Source: Tubiluchus corallicola (lineage: Eukaryota; Animalia; Priapulida). Taken from it: a DNA stretch of 64,000 nt. A program made the position numbers and the translations under genes. Positions within the stretch are counted from its first letter, which is position 1. The number at the start of each line of letters is the position of its first letter. The notes below the pieces were generated by a model that saw only the letters and a program-made list of their open reading frames with translations, made no database searches and was not told the DNA's origin. The stretch spans positions 358,840-422,839 of the forward strand of contig JAQGDQ010000186.1 of NCBI GenBank assembly GCA_030141605.1, given 5' to 3'. Of the stretch, positions 22,372-35,372 are shown piece after piece.

Positions 22372-25300
22372 ATGTCAGCTTCTACGTTTAATGTACATGA
22401 ACTCAAGTGTGAAAATTTATTAAGTTATTTGCAAAGTTTACCTGTTAATTCGTTAGAAAAACTTTACAATCATGAACCAACGTGTCTCGCTGTATATCGG
22501 TATGCTAGCAGACCTATTTTGTGTGTCATCGGCAATGTTCACTTCACTATATTAGTTATTCAGCAACGATTATGCCTACAGGTTACAGGACAGAAGTGGT
22601 CCTGACAAACCCACTGCACGACTATCGGAACCTGAATCCGAATGTACATACTGCAGCATTCCTTTAATTTAGAAATATATTATTGCAGACTAACAGAAAT
22701 TGAACTACAGGTCATTTGCATAGGAAGTGACATGCAGAAATGTATAGCAGCTATAGCAGAATACTGCTAGAGGCTGCAGATATGCATTGAGCGAGAACTT
22801 GGGCTGCGGGCATCATAGTTGCTTACTGTTTGTTGTTACATGCCATTTAATTAGTGTTCTCTTGTTTTTCTAACCAGTGTCTTTCAATTAAGAAACTGAT
22901 ACAACTTTACTTTGCGATTTTTAAACGTACTTGATTATTCACTTTTCTTTTTAACGTGATTGCAGCACTGTTGCCATTAATGCACTGTTTACTAAGGTAT
23001 GTAGTGCTACTGTAACCGAGATCTTATGGGACGTTACACTAAAAACTTAATTAATGGCAGGTGAGTCTAACTAGTGGTGATATCCCAACCGAAGATAATT
23101 TCTCCACACCACAAAGATTCCACTAGCATGATGCATGTGTTTGCAAAAGCGAAAATTGAAGTACAGTACTAATTTACAAGGCTGAGTGTGATATACACAA
23201 ACTCAGTGAATTTTAAGTTTAGGATTCAAATTTTAAGTGTTTCCGAGATACAGGCGCTAGTGCCCATCTAACTAGTGAATAGCAAATGCGTGCAACAGCG
23301 AAGAACTAGTCGTGGAAATAGGAAATTACATTTCAGTGGTAATAATTCTTTCATGTAAGTCATTTTTGAAAAAATAATATGTTTCCCTTTTAATATTTTG
23401 TAGAGTAGAAATCTTTGAGCCTATCAAAATGGGATCCAATTTCCTTTAAATTTTAAATTAATTTGATTTTCAGACAATTGCCAGAACTTGCCCAACAGTA
23501 TGTATTGAGAGCATTATTCTTGCATCAGCCACTGTCACAGACTGTTGTACAATCTTGGGTGGAAAATAAATTTGCCAAGCAAGTATCATTAGTGTTGTTT
23601 TTTATTTCTTGGATAAAACCTTAATTTAAATTTTACTACATTCATGGTTACTTGTTACACGTAATGACATAAATACGCAGACTTTCTTCATGCTATGCTA
23701 TTGTCAAATCCTGTGATGTTGAGTGAGCACCCTTGAGACCATGATGTAAGACAAATACTGTTTATTAATGCCACAAATTTTGGAAATCTGTATTCTACAG
23801 TGATAGTATACTATGTCTTAATATTTGTCTATTAAAATAACTTTGCATACAGCCTATTGTAATATTTTTCGGTTTATGTAATATTTAACGTGTATTATAG
23901 TGCTTTGCCAATGTACATTGTATGTATTTGTGCAAATAAAACTGAATTGAATTGAATTGTCACAGTTACTACGCTCTCTAAAAATAGCATGCCAGATATG
24001 TGTTCGACCATTGCCTGACAGTGTGATAAGTTTGATAGTTTTTTGAGTTTGTAACATTGTTTTTTGAATTTATACAATGAATTTTTAAAGCAAAAATTCT
24101 TATAAGCCGTTTTATTTATTAGAAAATAATTTAAGGTGTTTTTATAGTTAAGTGAAAAATAAGTGTTTTTATTCATTTACAGAAATGAACTACAAGAAAT
24201 AAGTTTGCATTGTTCATGAGATCAAAATTGCAAATTAAAAAAGAAAATATTTTGTAGATACAGTAAGTCCTTGCTTAACGACGCTAATGTGTTCCAACGA
24301 AATGCGATGTTAAGCGAATCGTCGTTAAATGAAGCTAAGACTTCCATAGAAAGTAATGTAAAAGAATTGAGATAAGTTCCAGAGAGAAAAATTAATATTG
24401 CTTAAATCATATAAGTTAAACATTCTATGAGTTTTATTCATATTTCTACTGATTAATGTCTTACTGTTTACCTGAAACCGTCTATATATTTTACTTACCA
24501 ATGCCTAGCTATAGCTGTTTTTCTTTTGTTAATGTGAGCCTAGCCAGTGCTTGAACAATAGACACTGCAGAGTCAAGTCCTTGGGCGACTTTGGGAATGT
24601 TACCTACATACTTAGGTTGCAGGTAAAATTGCTCGCTGCGCACAAACCGCTACCCAAATCGCTAGTAATACAGTAGTAGCATCAGTAGTCAGTTGAACAG
24701 CAAAAACATATAATAATTACACTGTTTACATTACTGATGTCTTTTTAGAACAGAATAATGCAATAGGTACTGTTTAAATGCATCAAATTAGGTAAAAATC
24801 TTGCTAATCAAATAAAAATTTGCGTTGAGCAAAGTAAAAAAATCGTCGTTAAAGCGAACGTACCATCATTAACTGAAAAAAGGTATCAGATGATCGGCGT
24901 CGTTAAAACGAAACATTGTTAAATGAGGAATCGTTAAGCAAGAACTTACTGTACTAGCTTACATTGTTGTTCTTATTAAAGTAATTGCCTAATTGGTTAT
25001 GTTAAAAACATACATGTAATGGATCTGTATATCATCATTCTGACATTTTCTGTTTTGGGGCTGTGTTCTGCACGTGCAGTAAAATGTTACTGGAAGTCCA
25101 CATTCTGATCAATTGTCCATTTTTTGTCCAGAAGACACAAGTCTGCAGTTGAAGTGTTACAGGGATTACATATTTGGAATGAGGTTCAAACGTCTGGGGG
25201 TTTGCGTGCTTGGTTACTAAGCAGCTCATTTCGTACACGTTTGCAGATTACATTGCTAGGAGGGTAAGATTTTCATACAGTTGAAAAATTTATTATATAC

Positions 25301-28300
25301 TTTAGGTGTATCTTATTTAAATATGCATGTGCGAAATGCTTCTGTGGCTCTTGTTCGATGTGTTTTCATAATTTTCTCGATTCATTTACATTTACTTATC
25401 TGTGTCGGTGAATTGCAATGAGGTATAGCTGTTGTCTGCTTGTCTTTTTGTTTGTTTGCCTACCCATTCATCCAAAGCTGTCTGCTTGTCTTTTTGTTTG
25501 TTTGCCTACCCATTCATCCAAAGCTGTCTGCTTGTCTTTTTGTTTGTTTGCCTGCCCATTCATCCAAAATTGTATATAAAAATGACACATGCTATTAAAG
25601 CAGCCTTGTCGGGTATTCACCTTGTGGCGTTCTCCAATTTTTGTAAATATCAAAACTTTTTTAGATATCAAGAGCTCAAAACATGCAGTCATTGACAAGC
25701 TGCAAGTTGATCAGATAATAGGTATATAGCGACCAAAGAACATGTAATCAAACTCTGTAGAGCTGTTTGTTTCAGTGCCCTTTCAACTTGAAATGAAAAT
25801 GACTGCCTTAGAACCAGTGCTCACTAACACTTGTTAAGCTATCCACCTTTAAGTCCTCTTGCTTGTCGTTAATGTGGAACTGGGATTTAAAAGATCGGAA
25901 GACTAAAGAATCTATGTAACATGAGGTTCTTATCGGTTGGTGATAAATATCATTAAACATTATGAAGTTACTCATCTTGAAGACATCTCTACTTGTTATA
26001 AATAAGGAGGTAAAAAGCTGAAGGCTAGAAGCCGAACTAAATTGCAGGTTAAGTGTCACAGAGTAATGGTGGGGATGGGCATAGGCTTGCCTTGATACTG
26101 AAGACTGTTTAATCTAGTTATTATTTTATCAGGTAATGATTTAGAGGATAATGAGGATTTAATTACTGAAAATTATTCAGAGATTTTTATTTATTTATCA
26201 AGTGGAGAGCCTTGGCAAGGCACAAATTCGTTAGGATCTGACAAGCATCCAAAGGATACTACTTTTCTGGACAATTATTCTAAGGAACGCTGGGAAGTAA
26301 GTATGCTTGTACTCTGTTCACATAGTTTTATAATGACTAAAAAACATTTTAAAAGTGCAGTTTTTTGCCATCAAGTGTGAGAAAAACCTTATGATTAAAG
26401 TACCCATTTGAGGTGCTTAATTATTAAACTTGTGTTTAAAATACAGTTGTATGACAACACAATGCACTATACTTACTTGAGACTCACTATATGCGCAGAC
26501 CTGAAAAACAAAGCCCTTTTTTACAAACTCTACAAAGTTAAACAGACCCCTGTCTTCAAATATCATGTTTTTATTCAGTAAAACTACTGATGCTGATCTT
26601 ATAATACCAATCACCACGTATATAGAATATAGATATATGATTAAGTCGCTACCATCAGTATGCACCAGTACTTCAGTGATTTCGCTCTCACTGAACCGCT
26701 CCAGGTATTTTTGTTTTAAAATCTAGGTAAAGGCTTGTTAAATAACACCATGGCGGTTTGATAGAAAATGTAATAGAAGACACCTGTAATGAATGGCCTT
26801 TGAACACGTCAAACATAGCATCTTCATGTAATGAAAGGCTGGTCAGATGTTTAAACCAGGTGCTGAATGGTGTTATCCAGGAGTTCATTAACACAGAAAA
26901 TTGACAGTTATGAGATCAACACCAGAGAGCAACTATTTGAAGTTTATGACTTAAATGCATTTGCCATGGGTATTTTCGAGCTGCTTTGTACATTTACCCA
27001 CAGCAGGCTACATGCAGGCACATGGACTAAAGATTGAAACCGGTAGATGGCAGTCTCAACCCCATGAACGGAAACTTCGTCCCTGCTGTTCTTTGCAGAA
27101 GAGCAACATATTCTGCATATAAGTGTCCTCTTAACTGAACAAATTAGAAACAGTTTGTTAATAGAGATTATTTCATGTCACTTTTTTCTGCTATAAATTA
27201 TAGAATATGACACATTACAATGCTTTTTCCAAACTGACTACTTGGTTTACATCATTAAGGTTTTTTGCATTATTGTGAATATTATTAATATATTATGTAT
27301 CTTGTCCTCTGTGGTGAAATTAGTTGATACATTGTTTGTATGGCAGCCAGCTTTTTGGTGTCGACCTCTGTTTGAAGAGGGTTGAATGTGGGCTTATGCA
27401 AAAAATGCATCAACTACTTTCACCATATTCTGTTGATCATTATGCGCATGCATTTACGGCAAACTTGCGTTGTCATGTTCTGCTCTTATGTTTAGAGTTA
27501 TCTTTCATATTGTTATTTGATTCAATCTGTTAACATTATAAAGTATTAGCCAATAAACTATTACCATTACTGCTAAAGCTTAATTCTAATTTCTATATTT
27601 TCTGGTACTCTTTACAATTGATTGATTTGTGAAGTGACAGCTTTAATTTCACCTTTGCACAGATCCTGTATATATTGCAAAATATGCAATAATTGTTTTT
27701 ATTCATTTTTCCAGTGTGTTCTTCATTTAATGGTCGGCTCTTCCACTTATAATGGTGAAGCAGTTAGCTCAGATACTAAACAAGTTCTTATCAATGCTGG
27801 CTTAATGAGGAAGTATGGTTTTTGTTACCGATATTTTACATGTTTTTTGTTCACTTTCATGTCTGTTTTTATACGTTAAAGCAATATTGGAAAGTGTTGA
27901 TTAGCGTCAGTAATTTTATTTTTGTTTATACAGTGAATCTGATGAAATGTCAATCACTCAGTCCGGGTTTCAGTTTCTTCTCCTGGATCAAGCAACTCAA
28001 GTTTGGTATTTCATGTTGCAGTACTTAAAAATTGTCCCAGTACGTATGTTTTCCAGTTAAGCCTATTTTGCAATTATTAAAAACTGTATCACAAATATTA
28101 GCACTTAATTTATGCTAACTTTGTTGACCGAGAGCAATATTGCTTGTGTTCATTATTTTTGCAAAAAAAGCATGTGTGATTTAACTGTTTATCTTGACTC
28201 AAAAAGCCATGAGTTTAATATTTGTAACGACTTGAATGTAATACTGTTAGGATTTTAGAATGTTTGTTTAGTGTTTGGCTTGTTATTCTTACATGCAGAG

Positions 28301-31300
28301 TTGTATAGCTATGACCCGTGAAAAGTTTTAGGAATCACTTAGAATTCAGAAAATAGGCACCGTTTCTTAGACTCACAGTTAATAGAATCAGTAGCCTAAT
28401 TGGGTCAAAACCCTTTTATCCCAAAGTGAGTCTATTAAGTGGCACCTACTGTGTTATTAACTGTTACAAAAATTCATATAATTTGTTCTTCCCACTGTAT
28501 GGTTATGTCAATTGACTTAATTTTGGACTCACATTCAAATCTCATGCTAGTTGTAATTTGGTACCTCTCTCAAGCAAGCTTTCTATTACATTACATCGGT
28601 TGAGTAAGGAAAAGGGGCGATTGTCAGTATGAAAAATTTCTCTTGTTGTCCCCCTTGAGAACAGTATTGATGTGAACAGACTTAAGTTATCACAGGATAG
28701 AATTGTAAAATTATGTAAAGGCAAGACTATAAACTTTCATCCTTATCTTTTTGTTTGCAAATTATTAAAATTAAAATGAATTCTCTGCTAGACTTAAGTA
28801 TCAGGAAATTACATTAGAAAGATCAAAGTTAATGCCTTCTTAGCATTAATATAATAAAATTTTTATATTTTTGCAGGTTAAAGGGCTAGATTTAGTTGAA
28901 TGTTTGCAATTCATATTTCAGTTGAGTTTCCTCTCATTTGGAAAGGTAAACTTGAACATTACAAACTTGAATCATTTCAGATATCATTTCATTTGAATAT
29001 TCTAGTATCTCGTATGTGAGACGTTTTGATTCTGATGTTTTTAAAACTTTTGCTTAACCGAAATAGGTCTTTCACATCTCAAGCTTTTGTAACACTGATG
29101 TCCCAGTGGTAAAAATTGTAGTTTTCCATCTCTGTAATGTTTAGATATACCATGTGGCCAATAACTAATGACTAAGCCTATAACTCAAATATTAGAACTT
29201 TTTTTTCCATTGCATAATTTTTTTAAGTTTTATTGCTGTACACACCAAAATTAAAAGACAGACACAAAGTCCCAGATAGAAGTTTACAAGTGATGATACT
29301 CCTGTGATTAACAGTTAAATACACATTAACTTATACGTTACAAAGTTTACATAGCACTTATATGACAAACAGTAGCATTCTGCGAGTTCAAAGGGATAAA
29401 AATTGTAAATAAATTTACAATAAAAGTTATATGATGTATTAAAATGTAGGCCTTGAAATTTTATACAGAACATAACTTTTGTGTGGAGCATTTCCAATAT
29501 CGTAAGAATTTCTATTAGAAAATTACGTATGATAAAATCATACGTAAGCTGAGTTGAATTCTTAATTGAACAATAGTTACAGTTGGGGCTGTGGCAGTTT
29601 ATAACTCATTAGTTTAATAAACATTTAGCCATTCTTATTTTTGAAAATGCTTTAAAACAAAGTTATGGTTGAGTTGTTGTTAATATATTATCAGATATGA
29701 ATCCACTGGTAATCTGACAATATGAATGTACTTAGTGTAGCATATTTCTAGGATTATAGCACAGATGGGATGAGTGACCGACTACTGCAGTTTTTACAGA
29801 ATCTCAGAGAGTTGGGGCTAGTTTACCAAAGAAAGGTATACCAATCTGTGTAATGATCACACTCAGTTTTTATTTATTGTTTTGGAGTGACTGGCAGTTA
29901 TGTGATTTCTGATTTCTTTTTGTAACTTTTTATTCCACATTTCTTCACGATTGGCTTTTCTGACTGGCTAGTCGTTACGTGGTTAAAAGTTGGTTTTGCT
30001 TGCCATTTCTTCACATGCTGAAACTTTTACGAATGGCATGGAGCTAAGAGAATCCATATGCTGGTTTTTTGTCGTTATGTTTGGCATTGAGTTTTTTGGA
30101 CATCCACTTTTTATTTTGTTAGTTTGCAAATGCAGAGTGCAATGGTCACAAAACTTGCAGGGTAGAGACCTGGAGTAGGCAGTGATATGGTGAACAGTCA
30201 GTGGGTCAACGACATAGGACATTTCAAGTCATAGCAGTGAATAACTCAAAACTATAATACGCAGAGTCCCAAAATTTGCATGGGAAGCACCTGGGCAGGG
30301 GCTCAGAGCCTTAGATAGTGGTATGTTAGAAGCCCAAGATAAAAGCCAAAATGTGTAAATAGAGAAGTGCTAGTCACATACGAGTAAACCACATTAGACT
30401 AGGCATGGACAAGTGATAATATGCATATTGGTGGCATTGGCTTTTTATTTGGAAATTCTGGTCTATAAACAGTATCACAGTGCTTTACTTGCCACAGGTT
30501 CCTGCAATCTACAATATTCAGAAGAATATTTACTGCTATCTTTATGAGCATTTAAGTGACTGGAATGGTGAGGTGTGATAGATATTTGTTTTGTTTTTTA
30601 ATTATGAAAGATAAGTGTCACAAGTTCAATGAAAGTGCACAGTTACTCTGAGTTGTTTCTGATTCAATTGTTAGATTTATCAAATAATTTGAATGAATAT
30701 ATGTTTACAAGCATTATCATTGTAGCTGAAAATACTTTGAAAGGCTGTGCATACATCACAGTAAATGTAAGACAGATACTTTACCTTTGTGACACTTTTG
30801 TTAGCTTCAAGATTAGAAATAGTTATTCCCTTTCTTCAGAATGGCTGTTATATAGCCACTAAAAGAGAGCTTTTTGTTAAAGCACAAGAAACCACTCTTC
30901 ATAAATGAAGGTTAAAAAATTTGTCTTGATATTTTATATCACCTGTATGCTGTGTTACTGCATACAGGGCCTGCATTAGCAGTTGCATTAGCAGTATTGC
31001 TGTGTAAAACCTATAAATTTAAACTCCTGTGGATGGTAGGCAACCTCATTTTAATGATAGGTCATTTGAAACTAGTTTAGATAATATTTCGTAAAGTTTG
31101 AAAAAATAATCAGAACATTTATAGCACACGCTTTTGATAACTAAGCAAAAGTTCAAATTATTTTTTGTTGTCAGTAAGATCAATGTGTTTTTTGGTGAAT
31201 CAGAGGTGCACCCTGGGATGGTGATGAAATGCCATTTTGCCAGGTGACGCAAATATTTTAAATTATTAGGAATTTTGTTTTCCAATTACATAAGTCTTTC

Positions 31301-34140
31301 AAACAGGTAAGTGTAATGCAAAGTAATAAGTAATGGAAAGTTCTTTGGATGTACTTTAAAATTCCCTATTTTTCCCCTTTAAACATAGGCAATTTATTTA
31401 CCATTATGTGTATAAGAAGAGTATATATGTCATATACTGAAGAATTAAACATACAATTAAATAATTGTAATGTTGACGCTTTAGTTTATACTTTATAATT
31501 ATTACATTTCAGAGGAAGTCAAAAAGATTTTACCCTACTAAATTAGCAATTAATCTCACTCTTGGGTCAAAATCTGAAAAATCAGAAGCTGAAAAGGAAG
31601 GATTTTTAGTCATTGAAACAAACTATAGGGTTTACGCATATACAGGTAAGTCATATCTTGTTTAGTTTTAGTTCGTCCAGGTCAGTTCCTTGTCTGTAAA
31701 CCCAAGGTACTTTTGTATTAGTGTAGTTACTAACACCATGCAGTAACTGCAGTGAAATGCAATACACACATGCTATTTGCTCATAAATTTGCGTTAGAAA
31801 TGAGCGAATCCAAATTTATTTCTGTGTGTCAACTTTAACTTAGCAGTTATTGCAAACCCATTTGCACATGAGTGGAAATGTTATGTGTAATTTGGACAGG
31901 ATTGCACTTTTACGTGTAAAGTTGTGTATACTGTTTTGCTGTATTTGCAGCATTTTAGTTTCCGCATTATTATTTCTACTTCAGACTCCAATCTCCAAAT
32001 TGATTTATTGGGATTATTCTGTGAGCTTCTGTACAGGTGTGTATTTTAATACTAAAATTTGCATTCTTAACGTAAATATGCAAAGGACTATGAAAGTGAC
32101 AGAATACATGTTAATTAATTTAAATTTGAAGGAAGTGTGAATATTTTCTTGTTATTTGAGGATCCCAGTGAAAAGAGTTCTGAGTTAATCAGAAATTTAA
32201 GTGATCAAACACATTTTAAGCAAATTTGCACATAGTAATAAATTTAATTTACTAAACAGCTACTTAGTTCACATATTGTGCAAACTGTGATATCAATTGA
32301 CCAGAAACAGAAAACAAGCTGGCTATCAATTGTTACTGTTCTTCAATAACTGTCATTCACTAAAATATTGCAGTGCCTTTTTGACTAAATTAAATTTAAG
32401 TGAATTACTTTTGCCTTTAAATTACTTTCTTCATTTAGGTTTCCCAACATGAGTGTGGGTGTGATAACAAGAGACAGTGTTAGAGACGCCCTAAGAAGCG
32501 GAATTACAGCATCACAGATAATTAATTATCTGCATATGCATGCTCATCTAGAAATGTTGAAACATGTAAGTTTCTTGTTTATCACACAAATAACGAGGAT
32601 GATGGGTCGATGATGAAACATGATAGTGAAGAATTTTAAAAGCAACAAAAATTCATTTAGACTTGATGTTTTTCTGCAGAATGTCAGAGGTAAACAGTCA
32701 TTTTTTCTGCATCACAAGACAGTAAATAATATATGCAACAAAAAAGCCAAACCTGTCTGTTGCAGAATTCATTGTCTTAACATTATAGTTACGCTTACTC
32801 CTGAAGTTCTTGTTTCCTAGCTTTGCACAAAATATTGATACTTTTCAAATAATGCTCCTGCAAAACTCAAAAACTGTTGGTGAGCCAGATATTCGAGAAA
32901 GTTCTTGGTAATTTTGGCCATTACCAATCATGCTGAACAGGACTAATGGGGCACCATCAAATAACACCAAATGAACCTGCAAGATGAGCACAGTATATCC
33001 ATAATGCTTTTAAGATTGTGAATAACTGAATGCACTCTATAAATGGCATTTTTAAGAAAATATTTTTGTACACTAAGTTTAACAAAATAATGATAGTGCC
33101 AAATTTTGCTCAAATGTCGTACGGCTCCTGTAGTTGTCAACAAACAACAATATTAAAAATATTAAATGCAGAAATTTATAACAACATCTATTGCCAGAAA
33201 AAAAACTACAGTGTTACAGCTAAGCAGTAAAATAAATGAGAGAAGTTTCTCAGTAGGATGTACGATATTTGCCACAGCTCAGCATTGATTTCTAGTTACA
33301 GTTGCAATAACAAAAATCGCAGGTACCGTACTTTTGTTTTGCAATTTGTTGGGATTTGTTTTTATAAAAACAAAAAATATAAAGAAAGAAACAGCAAACG
33401 AAGCAATGATTTGAATACATTAGATTCAAAAACATGTTCTGATTTCAATTATAGTCCAAAAAATTGTTGTAAATTTTGCCTAATTTTATGCTTTTTGCAA
33501 GAGATAGTTGGATTTATATTTGTACAGTGTGCATGTTTTACCTGCACTGTATTAGCATTTCAGTTTTTGATACAGAAACCTGTGATACCTCCCACCATAA
33601 TCGATCAGATACAACTGTGGGAACTAGAGAGAGACAGATTTAGATTCAGTGACGGTGTACTGTATAGTCAGTTTCTTTCTCAATCTGACTTTGAATTGCT
33701 ACGGGATTATGCCAAGGTAAGTAGAGTCTTAGTAGGCAATCGACTGTCTTATTTAAATTACAGATCAGTTCAAAAAGTAGAATTGAATTTAGTTTAGTTA
33801 GAAACCAGTTATGACAATCTCATTTTCTGATTTTAGGCATTCACTTTTTCAGCATCTCACTACTACTTAAATGAATCTTTCCTGGTGATATTTCTTTTAA
33901 TTATAGTGGAAACATCGCTTGATGTATCTCAACAACAAACTGAATAACTTAGTGGATTTATAGCTTTTTATTATTATGGTAATGGCTGACTGACCTCTTG
34001 ATGTGAGTAATACAAATTTTCCTTTATTTCAGGATCTTGGTGTCTTGGTCTGGGATAACCCTGCTAAAAGAGTAGTTGTAGTTACTAAGACTGGACATGA
34101 TGATGTGAAACGCTTCTGGAAGCGACAGAAAAAGAGTTAG
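22372..34140 (+). CDS. GTF2H4: General transcription factor IIH subunit 4 (p52/Tfb2), 458 aa, 13 coding exons
   Basis: Exons 22372-22499, 23474-23578, 25132-25263, 26203-26296, 27715-27812, 27934-28039, 28877-28945, 29752-29835, 31513-31645, 31985-32036, 32439-32565, 33576-33716, 34033-34140 (1377 nt, phases consistent). Motifs: [89 protein letters not shown] at 34410. Confidence 0.96.
24261..24951. mobile_element. Tigger-like MITE
   Basis: 21-bp TIR cagtaagtccttgcttaacga / tcgttaagcaagaacttactg (1 mismatch), flanking TA, and subterminal cgttaa repeats. Confidence 0.88.
25433..25568. repeat. 46-bp minisatellite, 3 copies
   Basis: tgtctgcttgtctttttgtttgtttgcct(a/g)cccattcatccaaagc at 25433, 25479, 25525. 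Confidence 0.92.
26600..27572 (+). mobile_element. 3' fragment of a non-LTR retrotransposon (RTE-X/L2-like)
   Basis: 27021-27085 translates [22 protein letters not shown], followed by a decayed ExHxLxxCP knuckle typical of LINE ORF2 C-termini. It ends with aataaa and a (tat/tac)n-like tail at ~27553-27572. 5' boundary approximate. Confidence 0.6.
28353..28451. mobile_element. ~100-bp mini derivative of the 4122-5065 MITE family
   Basis: taggcaccgtttcttagactcacagttaataga...taattgggtcaaaac...tgagtctattaagtggcacctactg matches both ends of the 4122-5065 element. Confidence 0.7.
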
Positions 34141-35372
34141 TGCTTACTGTTTAGTGAGTAGCCTCGTAAGTGTAAATGGTCAATTATTACCCATACTGGT
34201 GATTAATATCAAACTATTAATATGGGATTGCCCAAACTATTAATATAGGATTATAATTAAGTTTCATAGGTTATTATGTCTTGCAATATATCATTGTACA
34301 AGCTGCAGTTAAAGTTGTTTTTTCTATGTAGTTCCTTTCTATGTAGTACAAGAATGTTTTTTCCATGTAAATATTTTGACAACAATCCAGATGCAAAATT
34401 ATTTGTGAGAATAAAGCTATTATGTAACTTCACGTATAGGCCTGACTAGTTCACTGATACTGAAATTTGCATTCAAAGTTTGTGTGTTATTTATCACAGT
34501 GTTTGGTATATATAATTGGTATGACAGTCAGATTGTGTGGTTGTGACAAACAAACTGAGACAGATGGACCTCTTCAGATGTGTGGCTGATGATCATTGAT
34601 TTTCCTTTCAAGATCATACTGCAGACTTGCAGTTAGGCAAACATTTTGCAGAGATGAAGAACTGTGTAAACCTCACTTGGTAGCCCATAATAAGTAACAA
34701 TTTTTATGCTATGTACTAGAAAGAATACTGTAACCACATAGTAGTGTGTTTGATATACATACTTAAGAATAATTATGCTGTAAAATGACTATCATCCTGG
34801 GCTTAAATTTATTTTTTTATTTTTGCACATACTGAGATGCATTTAAATGAGGTTACATATTATTTATGAAATTTATAAAAATAAAATCTGAAAAAATATG
34901 TATAGCATCAGTATAAAAATTATGCTGTAAGGGTTCTATATTTTCAACTTTGTGGGAGTTAGATTATCTGTATGGCATGCAAGTTTTTTTATGAGTTTGT
35001 CAAAGATACATTTATGTGCACATATAGACGCTGAAATGGATTAGTAATTTTTGGACATACTAAGATGCATTTAAAAACATAGCTGTTCTTTGTATAATTT
35101 AACGAGGTTGTATTTTATTTTTGGAATTTATCAAAATAAAATCTGACAAAAATATATATAGCATCAGTATAAAAAATATCATTAATCCATTTGACAAAAA
35201 AAGGGAATAACATATTGAAAATATCAGAGATTTCCCAGGCCATTTTTTTCAACTGCAACTTTTCAACTAAACTATATTCCTCAGGTTTCTTCACTAACAG
35301 TACGAAGCACAACATAAATAGATACTGTCACTTCTAGATTTCAAGTGTTGAATTAGTACTATACTGTAAGCT

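Noticed and set aside
25433-25568. CRISPR-like repeat array or repetitive ORF 25432-25695
   Set aside because: Head-to-tail 46-bp copies with no unique spacers, in a eukaryotic intron; it is an ordinary minisatellite.
33258-33797. 179-aa ORF as an independent gene
   Set aside because: Only 33576-33716 is coding (GTF2H4 exon 12); the rest is intron read-through.
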